Assembly: GCA_003152455.1 (NCBI GenBank)
Contig: PMAF01000314.1
Span: forward strand, 1-58,049
Length of the DNA stretch: 58,049 nucleotides
Source: Hyphomicrobiales bacterium
GTDB taxonomy: Bacteria; Pseudomonadota; Alphaproteobacteria; Rhizobiales; Xanthobacteraceae
Reading direction: 5' to 3'
Every line of letters begins with the position of its first letter. Position 1 is the stretch's first letter. Below the pieces are notes generated by a model. It did not search any database, was not told the origin of the DNA, and worked only from the letters and a program-made list of their open reading frames with translations. The position numbers were made by a program, and so were the translations under genes. Shown piece by piece: positions 10,257 through 23,520 of the stretch.

Positions 10257-11125
10257 GGTTGGGCCGCCGAGGTTGGGCGTTGCAGACCGGCGCGGCGCGT
10301 GAGCCCCTTGACGATGGCGAAGAGGCTGACGCCGGCGACGCCGAGCTTGCCGAGATGCACGCGTTCGCTCAAAGGATCGCGCCGCAGGAGGATACCGGTG
10401 AGCTGCTGGGCCAGCGTCTGGATAACCGAGATTTCCAGCGCCAGCCGGCCGTCCTCGATCAGGCTCGGCAGCGCGTCGCCCTGGTGCAGGAGAACCGCGG
10501 TCCGCTTCGCCAGTCCTGCGAGGCAGCGCCGCAGCTCCGGCGACGCCTTCGGCGCGGCGAGCGCCTCCACGCCAAGGCCGCAAGCGGCGAGGGCATCGAG
10601 CGGGATATAGACGCGGTCCAGATTGCGGTAGTCCGCCGCGCAGTCCTGCAAATGGTTGATGATCTGGAGCGCCGCGCAGGTGGCGTCGGACGCCGGCCAG
10701 GTGGCGCGGCTCTCGCCGTGCACGTCGAGTACGAAACGCCCGACCGGCATCGCGGAATAGGCGCAGTAGCCCATGAGGTCGTCCCAGTCGCGGTAGCGCA
10801 GCTTGGTGGCGTCGAGCCGAAATGCCTTGAGCAGGTCCTGCGCGTGCTGGGGCGACATGTTGCGCTCCGCAAGCGCGCGGCGCAGCGTTGCCGCTTCCGC
10901 ACTGTCGTCGCCGGCGCCGAGAAGATCGGCCTCCATGCGATCGAGCATTGCGACTTTCTGCTGCGCCGTCAGCGAGGCGTGGTCGGCGATGTCGTCCGCG
11001 CTGCGCACGAATTCATAGAAGGCGAGAATCAGCGCGCGATGGCGTGGCCGGATGAGCCACGAGGCCACCGGAAAATTTTCGTCGCGGTGGGTCTTGCCCG
11101 ACCGGAATTCATTGGCATCCGTCAT
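10253..11125 (-). CDS. hpnC: Hydroxysqualene synthase
   Basis: HRDENFPVAS, RSADDIADH, YCAYSAMPVGR, LQIINHLQDC; ATGA overlap with hpnB. Confidence 0.95.
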   Translation of the reverse strand: MTDANEFRSGKTHRDENFPVASWLIRPRHRALILAFYEFVRSADDIADHASLTAQQKVAMLDRMEADLLGAGDDSAEAATLRRALAERNMSPQHAQDLLKAFRLDATKLRYRDWDDLMGYCAYSAMPVGRFVLDVHGESRATWPASDATCAALQIINHLQDCAADYRNLDRVYIPLDALAACGLGVEALAAPKASPELRRCLAGLAKRTAVLLHQGDALPSLIEDGRLALEISVIQTLAQQLTGILLRRDPLSERVHLGKLGVAGVSLFAIVKGLTRRAGLQRPTSAAQP

Positions 11126-12267
11126 CGCACGCCGTTCACGTTCGACTGGACGCGGCCTTTCCAAAGGCCGCCGCGCTTGCGGGCATATTGATAGGCGGAG
11201 TCGAGGGTAAAGGCCATGTAGGCCAGAGCAATCGCCGGCAGGAAGGGGCCCCACAGGGGAGATAGCCGATAGAACCGCAGTATCGGCTGGAATGCGATTG
11301 CCATGACCGCCCATGCGACCAGGCCGAGCCCCTGCGCAAGGCCGTGCCCGAACAAAGCCAAAAGAACGGGAGCGAGATAGACCAACGCCATGCCGCCGAC
11401 CGTCGCCGCGAGCAGCAGCGGCGAATAGCCGAGTTGCGCATAGGCCGAACGTGCGACCATGCGGCGGATGTCCTGCGCCGTCGCATAGCCGCGGATGCTG
11501 CGTACGCGGCCGGTTAAGCTCAACCGGATTGGCCCCTGCGGTTTGAGGCTGCGCGCCAGCGCGCAGTCGTCGATCAAGGCGCCGCGGATGGCCTCGATGC
11601 CGCCAGCCGCGTCAAGGGCATCGCGGCGCACCAACATGCAGCCGCCGGCCGCCGCCGCCATGCCGCGGTCGTGCCGGTTCACCCAGGCGAAGGGGTAGAG
11701 CATCTGGAAAAAGAATATGAAGGCCGGAACGAAGGCGCGCTCGGCGAAGCTCTCGCAGCGCAGCCGGGCCATCCGCGAATTGAGCACGAGCCCTTTCGCC
11801 TGCGCCTCCGAAACGAGGCGTGTGAGCGCGTCGGGGTCGTAGACAATGTCAGCGTCGGTGAACAGCAGATAGGCGGGCTCGCCAGGGAGCGCGCGCGCGA
11901 CGCCTTGCGTCATCGCCCACAGTTTGCCGGTCCAGCCCGCTGGCAGTGCGGCGCCGGGCACGACGATCAGCCGGTCCGCAGCGGCGCCTGCGGCACGCCG
12001 CGCCACGTCCGCCGTGCCGTCGGTGCTTTGATCGTCGACAAGAATGACGGAGAACGCGCCGGGATAATCCTGCTTCAGCAGCGCGGCGATCGTGTCGCCG
12101 ACGCCTTCGGCCTCGTCGCGGGCAGGGATGATGGCGGTAACCGCCGGCCATGCCGTCGGCGCCGGGCCGCCGTTATCGCGTTCGGATGCGAGCCAGAAAC
12201 CGCCGCGCCCGACAATCAGATACAGCCATATCGCGAGCGCGGCTGCGGCTACGAAGTTCACCACCAT
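11122..12267 (-). CDS. hpnB: Hopanoid-associated GT2 glycosyltransferase
   Basis: IIPARDEA, LVDDQSTDGT, GWTGKLWA, LFTDADI, LIDDCALA, MVARSAYAQL. Confidence 0.9.
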   Translation of the reverse strand: MVVNFVAAAALAIWLYLIVGRGGFWLASERDNGGPAPTAWPAVTAIIPARDEAEGVGDTIAALLKQDYPGAFSVILVDDQSTDGTADVARRAAGAAADRLIVVPGAALPAGWTGKLWAMTQGVARALPGEPAYLLFTDADIVYDPDALTRLVSEAQAKGLVLNSRMARLRCESFAERAFVPAFIFFFQMLYPFAWVNRHDRGMAAAAGGCMLVRRDALDAAGGIEAIRGALIDDCALARSLKPQGPIRLSLTGRVRSIRGYATAQDIRRMVARSAYAQLGYSPLLLAATVGGMALVYLAPVLLALFGHGLAQGLGLVAWAVMAIAFQPILRFYRLSPLWGPFLPAIALAYMAFTLDSAYQYARKRGGLWKGRVQSNVNGVR

Positions 12268-12357
12268 CGGACCAAAATTTTCCTCGGCATTAGCAATGCG
12301 GGCCGCAAATTATAATGGCTAGTCCGACCGCATTTTCCAAGGCGCTGCGATCGGCGC

Positions 12358-12681
12358 TTAACGGCCCTGATAGGCCGGGGTGCGCACGATCAGCCCGTCG
12401 AGCGCTTCCGTTACCTTTATCTGGCACGACAGCCGCGAGGTAGGCTTCACCTCGAAGGCGGTGTCGAGCATCTCTTCCTCTTCCGCCGAAGGCGGACCGA
12501 CCACCGCAAACCACGTCTCGTCGACATGCACCAGGCAGGTCGCGCAGGTGCAGGAGCCGCCGCATTCGGCGACGATGCTGGCGACGTCGTTGCGCAAGGC
12601 CGTCTCCATCACGGTCGAGCCGAGTTCGGCTTCGACCGTGTGCACGGCGCCGTCATGTTCGATGTAGGTGATCTTCGGCAT
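12358..12681 (-). CDS. [2Fe-2S] ferredoxin, adrenodoxin/putidaredoxin type
   Basis: AECGGSCTCATC...SRLSCQ. Confidence 0.95.
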   Translation of the reverse strand: MPKITYIEHDGAVHTVEAELGSTVMETALRNDVASIVAECGGSCTCATCLVHVDETWFAVVGPPSAEEEEMLDTAFEVKPTSRLSCQIKVTEALDGLIVRTPAYQGR

Positions 12682-12687
12682 TAAAGG

Positions 12688-13752
<1,065 letters not shown>

Positions 13753-13761
13753 TTACGGTGG

Positions 13762-14667
13762 TCACGCCGACCTGCGCGCGACACGAGTTGTGGAAACAGC
13801 GATGACGCGCAACAGTTCCGCCAGGTTCTGCTCGGGCGTCTTGCCGGTGGTGGCGAGCACGGCTTCCGCCTTGGCGTAAAGCGGCTCGCGGCTTTTCAGA
13901 ATCGATACCAGATCCTCCATGGCGCGGGCGTTGTTGGCCATCGGCCGCATGTCGCCTTGCGCCATTACCCGCTTCATATGCTCTTCCGGCTCGGCGCGTA
14001 CCCAGACCGTGAAGCACGAGGCCAGCAGCAATTCAAGCGTGCCCGGTTCGGTGACGATGCTGCCGCTGGTGGCGATCACGAAATGCGGATGCCGGCGCAG
14101 CACGTCGTCGAGCGCCTCGCGCTCGGCGCGGCGGAAGGTTTCCTGGCCGAACATGTCGAAGATTTCGCTCAAGGTGGCGCCGCTGCGCCGCTCGATCTCG
14201 CGGTCGAGCTCGATGAACGGCACGTCGAGACGCTCCGCCAGCAGGCGGCCGAGGGTGGACTTGCCGCCGCCGCGCAGGCCGATGAGCGCGATGCGGCGGC
14301 GATCCTCGGTGGGCGAGGAGAAATGTTCGGTCACGAGCTTGCGGGCTTCTACGAGCATGTCCGGCGGCAGCCGCTCGAGGAATTGCGACAGCAGCACCAG
14401 ATCTAGTGGCGGCTCGGCGCCTTCCTGCACAAGCTGGGTGACCGGCAAACCGATGGCGCGTGCGATCCGCCGCAGCAGCACGATCGAGCAATTGCCGAGC
14501 CCCGCCTCCAGTTGTGCCAGATATCTTTCGGAGATTTTTGCATGTTGCGCCAAGGCCTTGCGCGTGATGCCGCGCTGATGGCGCAACGTGCGCACGCGCG
14601 CGCCGAGCCGGTGCAGATAGGCATCGGGGCTGCTGCCTCGGGCGGGCTTCGCGCGGGCTTCTGTCAT
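13762..14667 (-). CDS. boxR: BzdR/BoxR-family regulator (XRE HTH plus shikimate kinase-like domain)
   Basis: N-terminal HTH (ISERYLAQLEAG), Walker A GLRGGGKST, GDMRPM; divergent from boxC. Confidence 0.88.
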   Translation of the reverse strand: MTEARAKPARGSSPDAYLHRLGARVRTLRHQRGITRKALAQHAKISERYLAQLEAGLGNCSIVLLRRIARAIGLPVTQLVQEGAEPPLDLVLLSQFLERLPPDMLVEARKLVTEHFSSPTEDRRRIALIGLRGGGKSTLGRLLAERLDVPFIELDREIERRSGATLSEIFDMFGQETFRRAEREALDDVLRRHPHFVIATSGSIVTEPGTLELLLASCFTVWVRAEPEEHMKRVMAQGDMRPMANNARAMEDLVSILKSREPLYAKAEAVLATTGKTPEQNLAELLRVIAVSTTRVARRSA

Positions 14668-14682
14668 GGTCTATCGGCTAAC

Positions 14683-14781
14683 ATGCATTATAATGCTAAG
14701 CAATAGGGTGCATTCCAACAGGTTTATGGGCATTGTTGTGCTGGGCCTAAAGGAATGCTAAGAATCGGAAAAATAATGCAT
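14683..14781. promoter_or_regulatory. Candidate BoxR operator array in the boxR-boxC divergent region
   Basis: Perfect palindrome GCATTATAATGC (14685-14696), GCATTGTTGTGC (14730-14741) and half-site TAATGCAT near 14774-14781; TGCA-based sites are known for BzdR/BoxR. Confidence 0.6.
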
Positions 14782-14828
14782 ACAGGGAGAAGGCCGCCGG
14801 ACGGTTTCAAGCCGGCGCCGCTTGGAGC

Positions 14829-16484
14829 ATGCACGCAATCGACTTTCAGACCGAGCCGTCGCGCTACCGCCACTGGCGCATCGAGCCCGAAGGCGACGTC
14901 GCCTACTTGATCATGGACGTCGATCAGGCCGGCGGATTATTCGACGGCTATGAGCTCAAGCTCAATTCCTACGACCTCGGGGTCGACATCGAGCTCAACG
15001 ACGCGGTGCAGCGGCTGCGCTTTGAGCATCCAGAGGTGCGCTGCGTCGTCATCAAGTCAGGCAAAGACAATGTGTTTTGCGCCGGCGCTAATATCCGCAT
15101 GCTCGGCAAGTCGACGCATGCCCAGAAGGTGAATTTCTGCAAGTTCACCAACGAGACGCGGTTCGCCATCGAGGACGCGTCCGAGAATTCCAAGCAGACT
15201 TATCTCTGCGCCATCAATGGCAACGCCGCCGGCGGCGGCTACGAGCTGGCGCTCGCCGCCGACCACATCATGCTGGTGGACGATCGCCGTTCGGCGGTCG
15301 CGCTGCCAGAAACGCCGTTGCTCGCGGTGCTGCCAGGCACCGGCGGGCTCACCCGTGTCACCGACAAGCGCAAAGTAAGGCGCGACCGCGCCGACGTGTT
15401 CTGCTCGATCGAAGAGGGCATCCGCGGCACCAAGGCGGTCGAATGGCGGCTGGTGGACGAGGTAGTGCCCAATTCGAAGTGGAAAGACGCGGTGGCCGCG
15501 CGCGCGCACGAAATGGCCGCGCGCTCGGACCGGCCGAAAAACGCCAAGGGTATCGCGCTCACTGCGCTCGACCGCAAGATCGACGGCGACCGCGTCGCCT
15601 ATTCGCACGTGGACGTGGAAATCGACCGGGCGCGCGGGCTGGCGTCCGTCACTGTGCGTGGGCCCTCGCAACCGGCGCCGGCGTCGATCGAAGCCGCGCA
15701 CGCGCTCGGCGCCAAGTTCTGGCCGCTCACGGTGGCGCGCGAGCTGGAAGACTCCATTTTGCATTTGCGCGCCAACGAACAATCCATCGGCGTCCTGCTG
15801 CTTCGCACCGAAGGCGATACGAAAGGCGTGCTCGATCACGACGATTTCCTCGCCAAGACGAACGGCGACTGGCTGATGCGCGAGATTCGCCATTACCTCA
15901 AGCGCGTGCTCAAGCGCGTGGACGTGACGCCGCGCAGCATCATAGCGCTGATCGAGCCGGGCTCCTGCTTTGCCGGCACGCTGGCGGAACTGGCCTTTGC
16001 CGCCGACCGCTCGCTGATGTTGGTCGGCACCCGCGCCGGCGACAACCGGCCGCCGGCGGCGATCACGCTGGGTGAGGCCAATTTCGGTTGGTATCCGATG
16101 GGAAATGGGCTCACGCGTTTGCAATCCCGCTTCCTCGGCGAACCGGAGCAGGTCGGGCACGTTAAAGAGAAATCCGGCCAAGCCATCGAAGGCGAAGCCG
16201 CCGCGGACCTTGGCCTAGTCACGCTGGCCTACGAGGATTTCGATTGGAACGACGAATTGCGCGTCATGCTGGAGGAGCGCGCGAGCTTCTCGCCCGACGC
16301 CATGACCGGCATGGAAGCGAACTTGCGCTTCGCCGGCCCTGAAACCATGGAAACCAAGATCTTCGGACGGCTGACCGCCTGGCAGAACTGGATTTTCCAG
16401 CGGCCGAACGCGATCGGCGAACAGGGCGCGCTGAAACTCTACGGCAGTGGCGTGTCGCCGACTTTCAATAAGGAAAGGGTGTGA
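14829..16484 (+). CDS. boxC: 2,3-epoxybenzoyl-CoA dihydrolase
   Basis: LKLNSYDLGVDIEL, FCKFTNETR, AGGGYELALA, LPGTGGLTR, LTAWQNWIFQRPNA. Confidence 0.96.
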   Translation: MHAIDFQTEPSRYRHWRIEPEGDVAYLIMDVDQAGGLFDGYELKLNSYDLGVDIELNDAVQRLRFEHPEVRCVVIKSGKDNVFCAGANIRMLGKSTHAQKVNFCKFTNETRFAIEDASENSKQTYLCAINGNAAGGGYELALAADHIMLVDDRRSAVALPETPLLAVLPGTGGLTRVTDKRKVRRDRADVFCSIEEGIRGTKAVEWRLVDEVVPNSKWKDAVAARAHEMAARSDRPKNAKGIALTALDRKIDGDRVAYSHVDVEIDRARGLASVTVRGPSQPAPASIEAAHALGAKFWPLTVARELEDSILHLRANEQSIGVLLLRTEGDTKGVLDHDDFLAKTNGDWLMREIRHYLKRVLKRVDVTPRSIIALIEPGSCFAGTLAELAFAADRSLMLVGTRAGDNRPPAAITLGEANFGWYPMGNGLTRLQSRFLGEPEQVGHVKEKSGQAIEGEAAADLGLVTLAYEDFDWNDELRVMLEERASFSPDAMTGMEANLRFAGPETMETKIFGRLTAWQNWIFQRPNAIGEQGALKLYGSGVSPTFNKERV

Positions 16485-16486
16485 TC

Positions 16487-17931
<1,445 letters not shown>

Positions 17932-17935
<4 letters not shown>

Positions 17936-19539
17936 TCGGCGCGTTGTGCCGGCGAGTCCTCATCGCGTAATTTGAAGCGCTGGATCTTGCCGGTGGCGGT
18001 ATGCGGCAAGTCGGCGCGCACGTCGATCCAGCGAGGATATTTCCAGGGCCCCGCGTGTTCCTTGACGTGGACTTTGAGCCTTTCGAGCAGGCTGTCGTCG
18101 GCGACATAGCCGTTCTTGAGCACAATGAAAGCTTTCGGCTTGACCAACCCATCGGCATCCTGCTTGCCGATGACGGCGGCTTCCAGTACCGCCTCGTGCG
18201 AGGTGAGCGCCGCCTCCACGTCGAACGGTGACACCCACATGCCGGAGACCTTGAACATGTCATCGGTGCGGCCGCAGTAATAGTAATAGCCGTCGGCGTC
18301 GCGGCGGAATTTGTCGCCGGTGTAGGTCCAGTGGCCGACGAAGGTGCGCTGGCTCTTGGCGCGCTGGTTCCAATAGCCTTCGGCAGCCGACGGCCCGCGA
18401 ATGATCAATTCGCCGATCTCGTTGGCACCCAGTTCGCACCCCTTCTCGTCGACGATGCGCGCTTCGTAACCCGGCACCGGCTTGCCGGTCGAGCCGTAAC
18501 GAATCTCGCCAGGCCGATTGCTCAGGAAGGTCTGCAACAGTTCGGTCGAACCGATGCCGTCTAGGATGTCGACGCCGACGACCTTGCGCCAGCGCTCGCC
18601 GATATGGGCGGGCAACGCTTCGCCCGCTGACACGCATATACGCAACCGATCGGAGCCTGCGCCTTTGCCAATGTCGGGATGCGAGAGCAGGGCGGTGTAG
18701 AGCGACGGCACGCCGTAGAAAATCGTAGGGCGATGCTTGCGCATCATTTCGAACACCGATTCCGGCGACGGCCGCTCGGGCCATAACGCGGTGGTGGCGC
18801 CGACCGACAGCGGAAAAGTCATGGCGTTGCCGAGCCCGTAGGCAAAGAACAATTTCGCCGCCGAGTGAACCACGTCGGTCTCGCCGATGCCGAGCACGCC
18901 TTGGCCGAACAATTTTGCGGTCGCCATCAGGCTGGAATGAACATGCCTGACGCCCTTGGGATCGCCGGTCGAGCCGGAGGTGTAGAGCCAGAACGCCACT
19001 TCGTCGGACACCGTTCCGGCGGTGAATGGCGTTGCGTCGGCGGCGTCAAGGATGCCCTCGAACAGACGCACGTCGTGGCCGCGAGAAGCAGGCAATTCGC
19101 CGGCGGTGGCGCCGACCAGGATCACCGTGCGCAAGTGCGGCAGCCGCTCAATCACCGGCCATAATGCCTGCACGAGCGGTGCGGCGGCGACCAGCGCAGT
19201 GGCGCGGCAATCGCCGAGAATATAGGCGTATTGCGGAACCGTGAGGAAAGTGTTGAGCGGGATCGCGATACGGCCGGCGCGCACGGTGCCCCAGAACGCT
19301 GCCGGATAATCGACCGTGTCGTTCAGCAGCAGCGCGACGCGTTCCTCCTGCCGGATACCGAGCCCGCGCAGCGCGTTGGCGAAGCGGACGGAGCGCGCCT
19401 GCAACTCGCCGTAGCTGAGCGTGTTGTTTGGATCGATAAACGCGATCTTCTCGGCGAGACCGCGCGCTACATTGGCGTCCACGAAATCGGTGACGGCATT
19501 GTAGGGTCGGCGCTCGGTTAAATTGTCGGACAAGCGCAC
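17932..19539 (-). CDS. Benzoate-CoA ligase family protein, probably (4-hydroxy)benzoate-CoA ligase
   Basis: FWLYTSGSTGDPKG, AKLFFAYGLGN, DGIGSTE, GRTDDMFKVSG, TATGKIQRFKLR. Confidence 0.9.
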
Positions 19540-19552
19540 TCCCTTCGCCCTG

Positions 19553-20572
19553 TCAGGTTTCGAACAATCGCGTCAGCAATCGCCGCGCCAGCACACCGGC
19601 CACGCGCCGGCGGTAATGGCCGGGAGTGAACGTGGTCTTCATCGGCATGATCTGATCGCGCACCAGGGCATCGAGCCCCTTGAACACGCGCTCGCCGAAT
19701 TTTCCCCCGCACAGTTCGGCGGTGCCTTCGAGCAGTATCGGGCGCGGATTGGTGCCGGTGAACGCCACCCGCAGATCGGCGAGCATGTCGTCGGCGCGCC
19801 GCAGCGCCACCGCCACGCCGGCCACCGGATATTCGATCGACTTGCGGATGCGGATCTTGTCGTAGGCCGAGCGCAGGCCGGGGGTGTTCGTGACGCGCAC
19901 AGCGGTGACGATTTCGCCGGAGCGCAGCGACAGAAAATATTTGCCGTCGCCCTGAGTTTCGGTAACCGGCACATCCTGGCGCGCGAAGCCGATATAGAGT
20001 TTATCGAGCGGGATGCTGCGCTTGCCGGCGGGACCGGCGATGTCCACTTCGGCGCCGAGCGCGAGCAGTGCCGGCGCCAGATCGCCCGAGAAAGTCGCGA
20101 AGCAAACGCCGCGGCTTTTCGGCGCCACGTGGCAGACGGAGCCGGTGGTCTTCAGGCAGTGGCTGTTGGCGTCGCGCCACCATTCGCTCTGATTGTAGAA
20201 AATGCAGCGGGTGTCGAGGCAGAGATTGCCGCCGACGGTGCCCATGTTGCGCTGGGTAGGGCCGGCGACGCGGGAGGCGGCCTGCGCCAGCGCCGGATAA
20301 TGCTGCACGATCGCCGGATTTTCCACGAGCGCGGTCAGGCGCACCGAGGCGCCGATCTCAAGCGTATTTGCGTCAGCCTTGATGGCGGACAGCTCCGCCA
20401 CTCGGTTCATGTCGATCAACACCGGGGGCGCCACGATGCCGCGGCGGATATTGACGACGAGATCGGTGCCACCGCCGAGCGCCATGCTCCCCGGATGGGC
20501 GGCGCGCACGGCCAGCGCTTCGTCGAGCGTCGCTGGATTGAGCACGCGGAAGTCGGGGAGGGCGTCCATCAT
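19553..20572 (-). CDS. hcrB: 4-hydroxybenzoyl-CoA reductase beta subunit (FAD, [4Fe-4S])
   Basis: [14 protein letters not shown] and the diagnostic Cys-rich insertion [19 protein letters not shown] absent from ordinary XDH FAD subunits. Confidence 0.93.
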   Translation of the reverse strand: MMDALPDFRVLNPATLDEALAVRAAHPGSMALGGGTDLVVNIRRGIVAPPVLIDMNRVAELSAIKADANTLEIGASVRLTALVENPAIVQHYPALAQAASRVAGPTQRNMGTVGGNLCLDTRCIFYNQSEWWRDANSHCLKTTGSVCHVAPKSRGVCFATFSGDLAPALLALGAEVDIAGPAGKRSIPLDKLYIGFARQDVPVTETQGDGKYFLSLRSGEIVTAVRVTNTPGLRSAYDKIRIRKSIEYPVAGVAVALRRADDMLADLRVAFTGTNPRPILLEGTAELCGGKFGERVFKGLDALVRDQIMPMKTTFTPGHYRRRVAGVLARRLLTRLFET

Positions 20573-22902
20573 GCGCCTCCGTTGTTCTTGCCGAGCGCGA
20601 GCCTGCGCTTCTCGATCGCCTCGAACACGCGGTCGGGCGTTACCGGCAGATCGTTGAAGCGGATGCCGATGGCGTCGGCGATGGCGTTGGTGAGGGCCGG
20701 CAGGAACGCCGCGAGTGAGCCTTCGCCCGCCTCCTTGGCGCCGAACGGCCCATGCGGGTCCATGCTCTCGACGATGCCGACTTCGATCGGCGGCGAATCC
20801 TGAATGGTCGGCACGCGGTAATCGAGCATATTGGCGGTGAGCATCAGCCCGTCGTGATAGGCGGCCTCTTCGCTCATGGCCTGACCCATGCCCATCCAGA
20901 CCGAGCCCTGCACTTGGCCTTCCACCGTCAAACGATTGAGCGCCTTGCCGCAGTCGTGCGCGACCCAGACTCTGTCGACGGTGACCACGCCGGTCTCCTC
21001 GTCGACCGTCACCTCGACCACCTGCGCCGAGTAGCTGTAGCCCATGGTGCCGCCGATGGCCGAGCCGCGATATTTCTTGCCGCCGTGCGATTCCGGAGTG
21101 GTCGAATAATTGCCGGTCACCGTGATGGTGCCGGAATCTTTGAGCGCCTCGGCCACCACCTCATCGAAGGTGGCGCCCTTGTCCTGCGCGCCGGCGCGAT
21201 AAAGCTCGCCCAGGCATTCGATGTCTTCGGGCCGGGCTTCCAGCTTGCGGGCGGCGGCACTGACCAGAACGCTTTTAAGATTGCGCGCGGCATCGAGTGC
21301 GGCGTTGCCGACCATGAAGGTGACGCGTGACGAGTAAGAGCCGTTGTCCTTCGGCACCACCTCGCTGTCGCCGGTGACCACGCGCACGCGGGAGAGATCG
21401 AGGCCGAGCACCTCGGCCACGGTTTGCGCGAGAATTGTCGTCGAGCCCTGACCGATATCGGCGGCGCCCGACAGCACCACTATGGAGCCGTCGAAATCGA
21501 GCTTGATCTTGACGGTGGCGTGCGGTTCGCCGGTCCAGTTCACTGGCTTGGAGGCGCCGCTGATGTAATGCGAGCAGGCCATGCCGAGGCCTTTGCTGAT
21601 GCCGTGGCCTTTGGGCATCTTGCCCTTGCGCCGGGCCCAGCCGCTTTCCTTCTCCACCCAGTCCATGCATTCCGGCAGACCGTAGGAATTCACCATCATA
21701 TCGTTGTCGGTGAAGGTCGGCGCCTGCAGTAGATTGGCGCGCCGCACCGCGAACGGGTCGAGTCCGAGCTCCGCCGCCAACTCGTCAACCAGGCTTTCGA
21801 ATGCGAAGCGGATATCGACGGTGCCGTGGCCGCGAAAGGCGCCGCAAGGCGGCGTGTTGGTGAGCACGCGCCGGCCGGTATATTTGACGTTATGCAGGTC
21901 GTAGATCGCGTACAGCATCGACCCGGCATAGAGGATCGTCACCACACCGTAGCCGGAATGCGCGCCGCCGCGCTGATCGCATTCGCATTCGACTGCCTTG
22001 ATGCGGCCGTCCTTGCGCATGCCGATCTTGAGCTTGATGTCGGTCTCTGGCCTTCCGCGGTGGGTGATGAAGGTCTCCTCGCGCGTCGTCACCAGCCGGA
22101 CAGTGCCGTTGCAATTGCGCGCCAGCAGCGCGGCGATCAGTTCGATCGCCAGCGTCTCGGTGCGGCAGCCGAAACCGCCGCCGACATGCGGCTTGATCAC
22201 GCGGATGCGCGACATTTCCATGCCGAGAATTTGCGACAGCATTAGATGAACGTAATAGGGCACTTGCGTCGAGGCATGCACGGTCATGCGTTCACGCACG
22301 GCGTCGTATTCGGCGACGGCCGCGTGCATCTCCATCTGGTTCTGGCACACTTCCGCGCAGTTATAGGTACCCTCGCGCACCAGATCGGCTTGCGCAAAGC
22401 CTTGTTCCGCGCTGCCGAGCTCGAACAGCACGTCGCGCTCGACATTGCCGGGCTTCTTTTCGTGCAGTTGCACGGCGCCGGGTGCGAGCGCCGCCTTGGA
22501 TGTGTAATAGGCCGGCAGTTCGCGCACCGTGAGCTTGATGCGGCGCAGCGCTTCGCGTGCGCTGGCGTCGTCGACGGCAGCGACCGCGGCCACCGGCTCG
22601 CCGCGGTAACGCACGCGGTCGCGCGCCAGCGGATATTCAGTGCGCGCGATCGGCAGCACGCCGAAGGCCTTGTCGCAATCGGCGCCGGTGACGATGGCGC
22701 GTACGCCGGGAACTTTAAGCGCCTCCGACACATCGACCGCGACGATCTCGCCGTGCGAATAGGGGCTTCGGTAAATGCGCCCCGCCAGCATGCCGGGGTG
22801 CAGAATGTCGGCCGTGTATTTGGCGCGACCGGAAACCTTCTCCGGCCCGTCGATCATCGGCACGTAGCCGCCGATATTGTGCGCCGGAACGATTTTGTTC
22901 AT
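20569..22902 (-). CDS. hcrA: 4-hydroxybenzoyl-CoA reductase alpha subunit (molybdopterin)
   Basis: [33 protein letters not shown]; start at ATG 22902 overlapping the hcrC stop. Confidence 0.92.
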   Translation of the reverse strand: MNKIVPAHNIGGYVPMIDGPEKVSGRAKYTADILHPGMLAGRIYRSPYSHGEIVAVDVSEALKVPGVRAIVTGADCDKAFGVLPIARTEYPLARDRVRYRGEPVAAVAAVDDASAREALRRIKLTVRELPAYYTSKAALAPGAVQLHEKKPGNVERDVLFELGSAEQGFAQADLVREGTYNCAEVCQNQMEMHAAVAEYDAVRERMTVHASTQVPYYVHLMLSQILGMEMSRIRVIKPHVGGGFGCRTETLAIELIAALLARNCNGTVRLVTTREETFITHRGRPETDIKLKIGMRKDGRIKAVECECDQRGGAHSGYGVVTILYAGSMLYAIYDLHNVKYTGRRVLTNTPPCGAFRGHGTVDIRFAFESLVDELAAELGLDPFAVRRANLLQAPTFTDNDMMVNSYGLPECMDWVEKESGWARRKGKMPKGHGISKGLGMACSHYISGASKPVNWTGEPHATVKIKLDFDGSIVVLSGAADIGQGSTTILAQTVAEVLGLDLSRVRVVTGDSEVVPKDNGSYSSRVTFMVGNAALDAARNLKSVLVSAAARKLEARPEDIECLGELYRAGAQDKGATFDEVVAEALKDSGTITVTGNYSTTPESHGGKKYRGSAIGGTMGYSYSAQVVEVTVDEETGVVTVDRVWVAHDCGKALNRLTVEGQVQGSVWMGMGQAMSEEAAYHDGLMLTANMLDYRVPTIQDSPPIEVGIVESMDPHGPFGAKEAGEGSLAAFLPALTNAIADAIGIRFNDLPVTPDRVFEAIEKRRLALGKNNGGA

Positions 22903-23381
22903 GGCGCCACACCTTGCGCGTTGAGCGCGGCAGCGTATTTCACCGCTTCGATGATCTTCACGTAGCCGGTGCAACGGCAGATATTGCTGCCGAGCGCTTC
23001 GATAATCTCGGCCTCGTTCGGGTTCGGAATTTTCCGCAAGAGTCCGGCCGAAGCCATGATGAAGCCCGGCGTGCAATAGCCGCATTGCGAGCCGAGCTTT
23101 TCGTGAAAGCCGCGCTGCACGGCGGAAAGCTGCCCATCGGTCCCAAGCGACTCGATGGTGTCTACGCGCCGCCCTTGCACGGTTGCTGCAATCGTCAGGC
23201 AGGATAGCGCCGGCTTGTCGTCGATCAGCACCGTGCAGGCGCCGCATTCGCCGCCGTCACAGCCAGTCTTCGTCCCGGTAAGCCCTACTTTTTCGCGCAG
23301 GAAATCAAGCAGCAGGATATTATCGGCGACCGCGTCGGTGCGGTCACGCCCATTGAGCGTGAACTCAAGAAGCCGGGTCAA
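22899..23381 (-). CDS. hcrC: 4-hydroxybenzoyl-CoA reductase gamma subunit (2x[2Fe-2S])
   Basis: [26 protein letters not shown]; TTG start after GGGAAG. Confidence 0.92.
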   Translation of the reverse strand: MTRLLEFTLNGRDRTDAVADNILLLDFLREKVGLTGTKTGCDGGECGACTVLIDDKPALSCLTIAATVQGRRVDTIESLGTDGQLSAVQRGFHEKLGSQCGYCTPGFIMASAGLLRKIPNPNEAEIIEALGSNICRCTGYVKIIEAVKYAAALNAQGVAP

Positions 23382-23520
23382 AAACGTTTCTTCCCTGTAC
23401 GGCGCCTGTTGAGCGATTCGCGCTTCGTCTGATTATTTCGTTACGACACACCAGCGCGCCGACCCCCTCCAGACCAATTACCGGGAATGGCTAGGACGAT
23501 TGGCCGCGGTCCTCAGGCGA

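Noticed and set aside
20569-23247. Apparent 892-aa hcrA with a long N-terminus
   Set aside because: The extension overlaps hcrC in another frame; the true start is ATG 22902 in an ATGA overlap.
19553-23381. Generic xanthine or CO dehydrogenase assignment for the molybdo-flavoenzyme
   Set aside because: The beta subunit has the HcrB-specific [4Fe-4S] insertion, the large subunit lacks the CoxL AYxCSFR loop, and neighbours are aryl-CoA genes.
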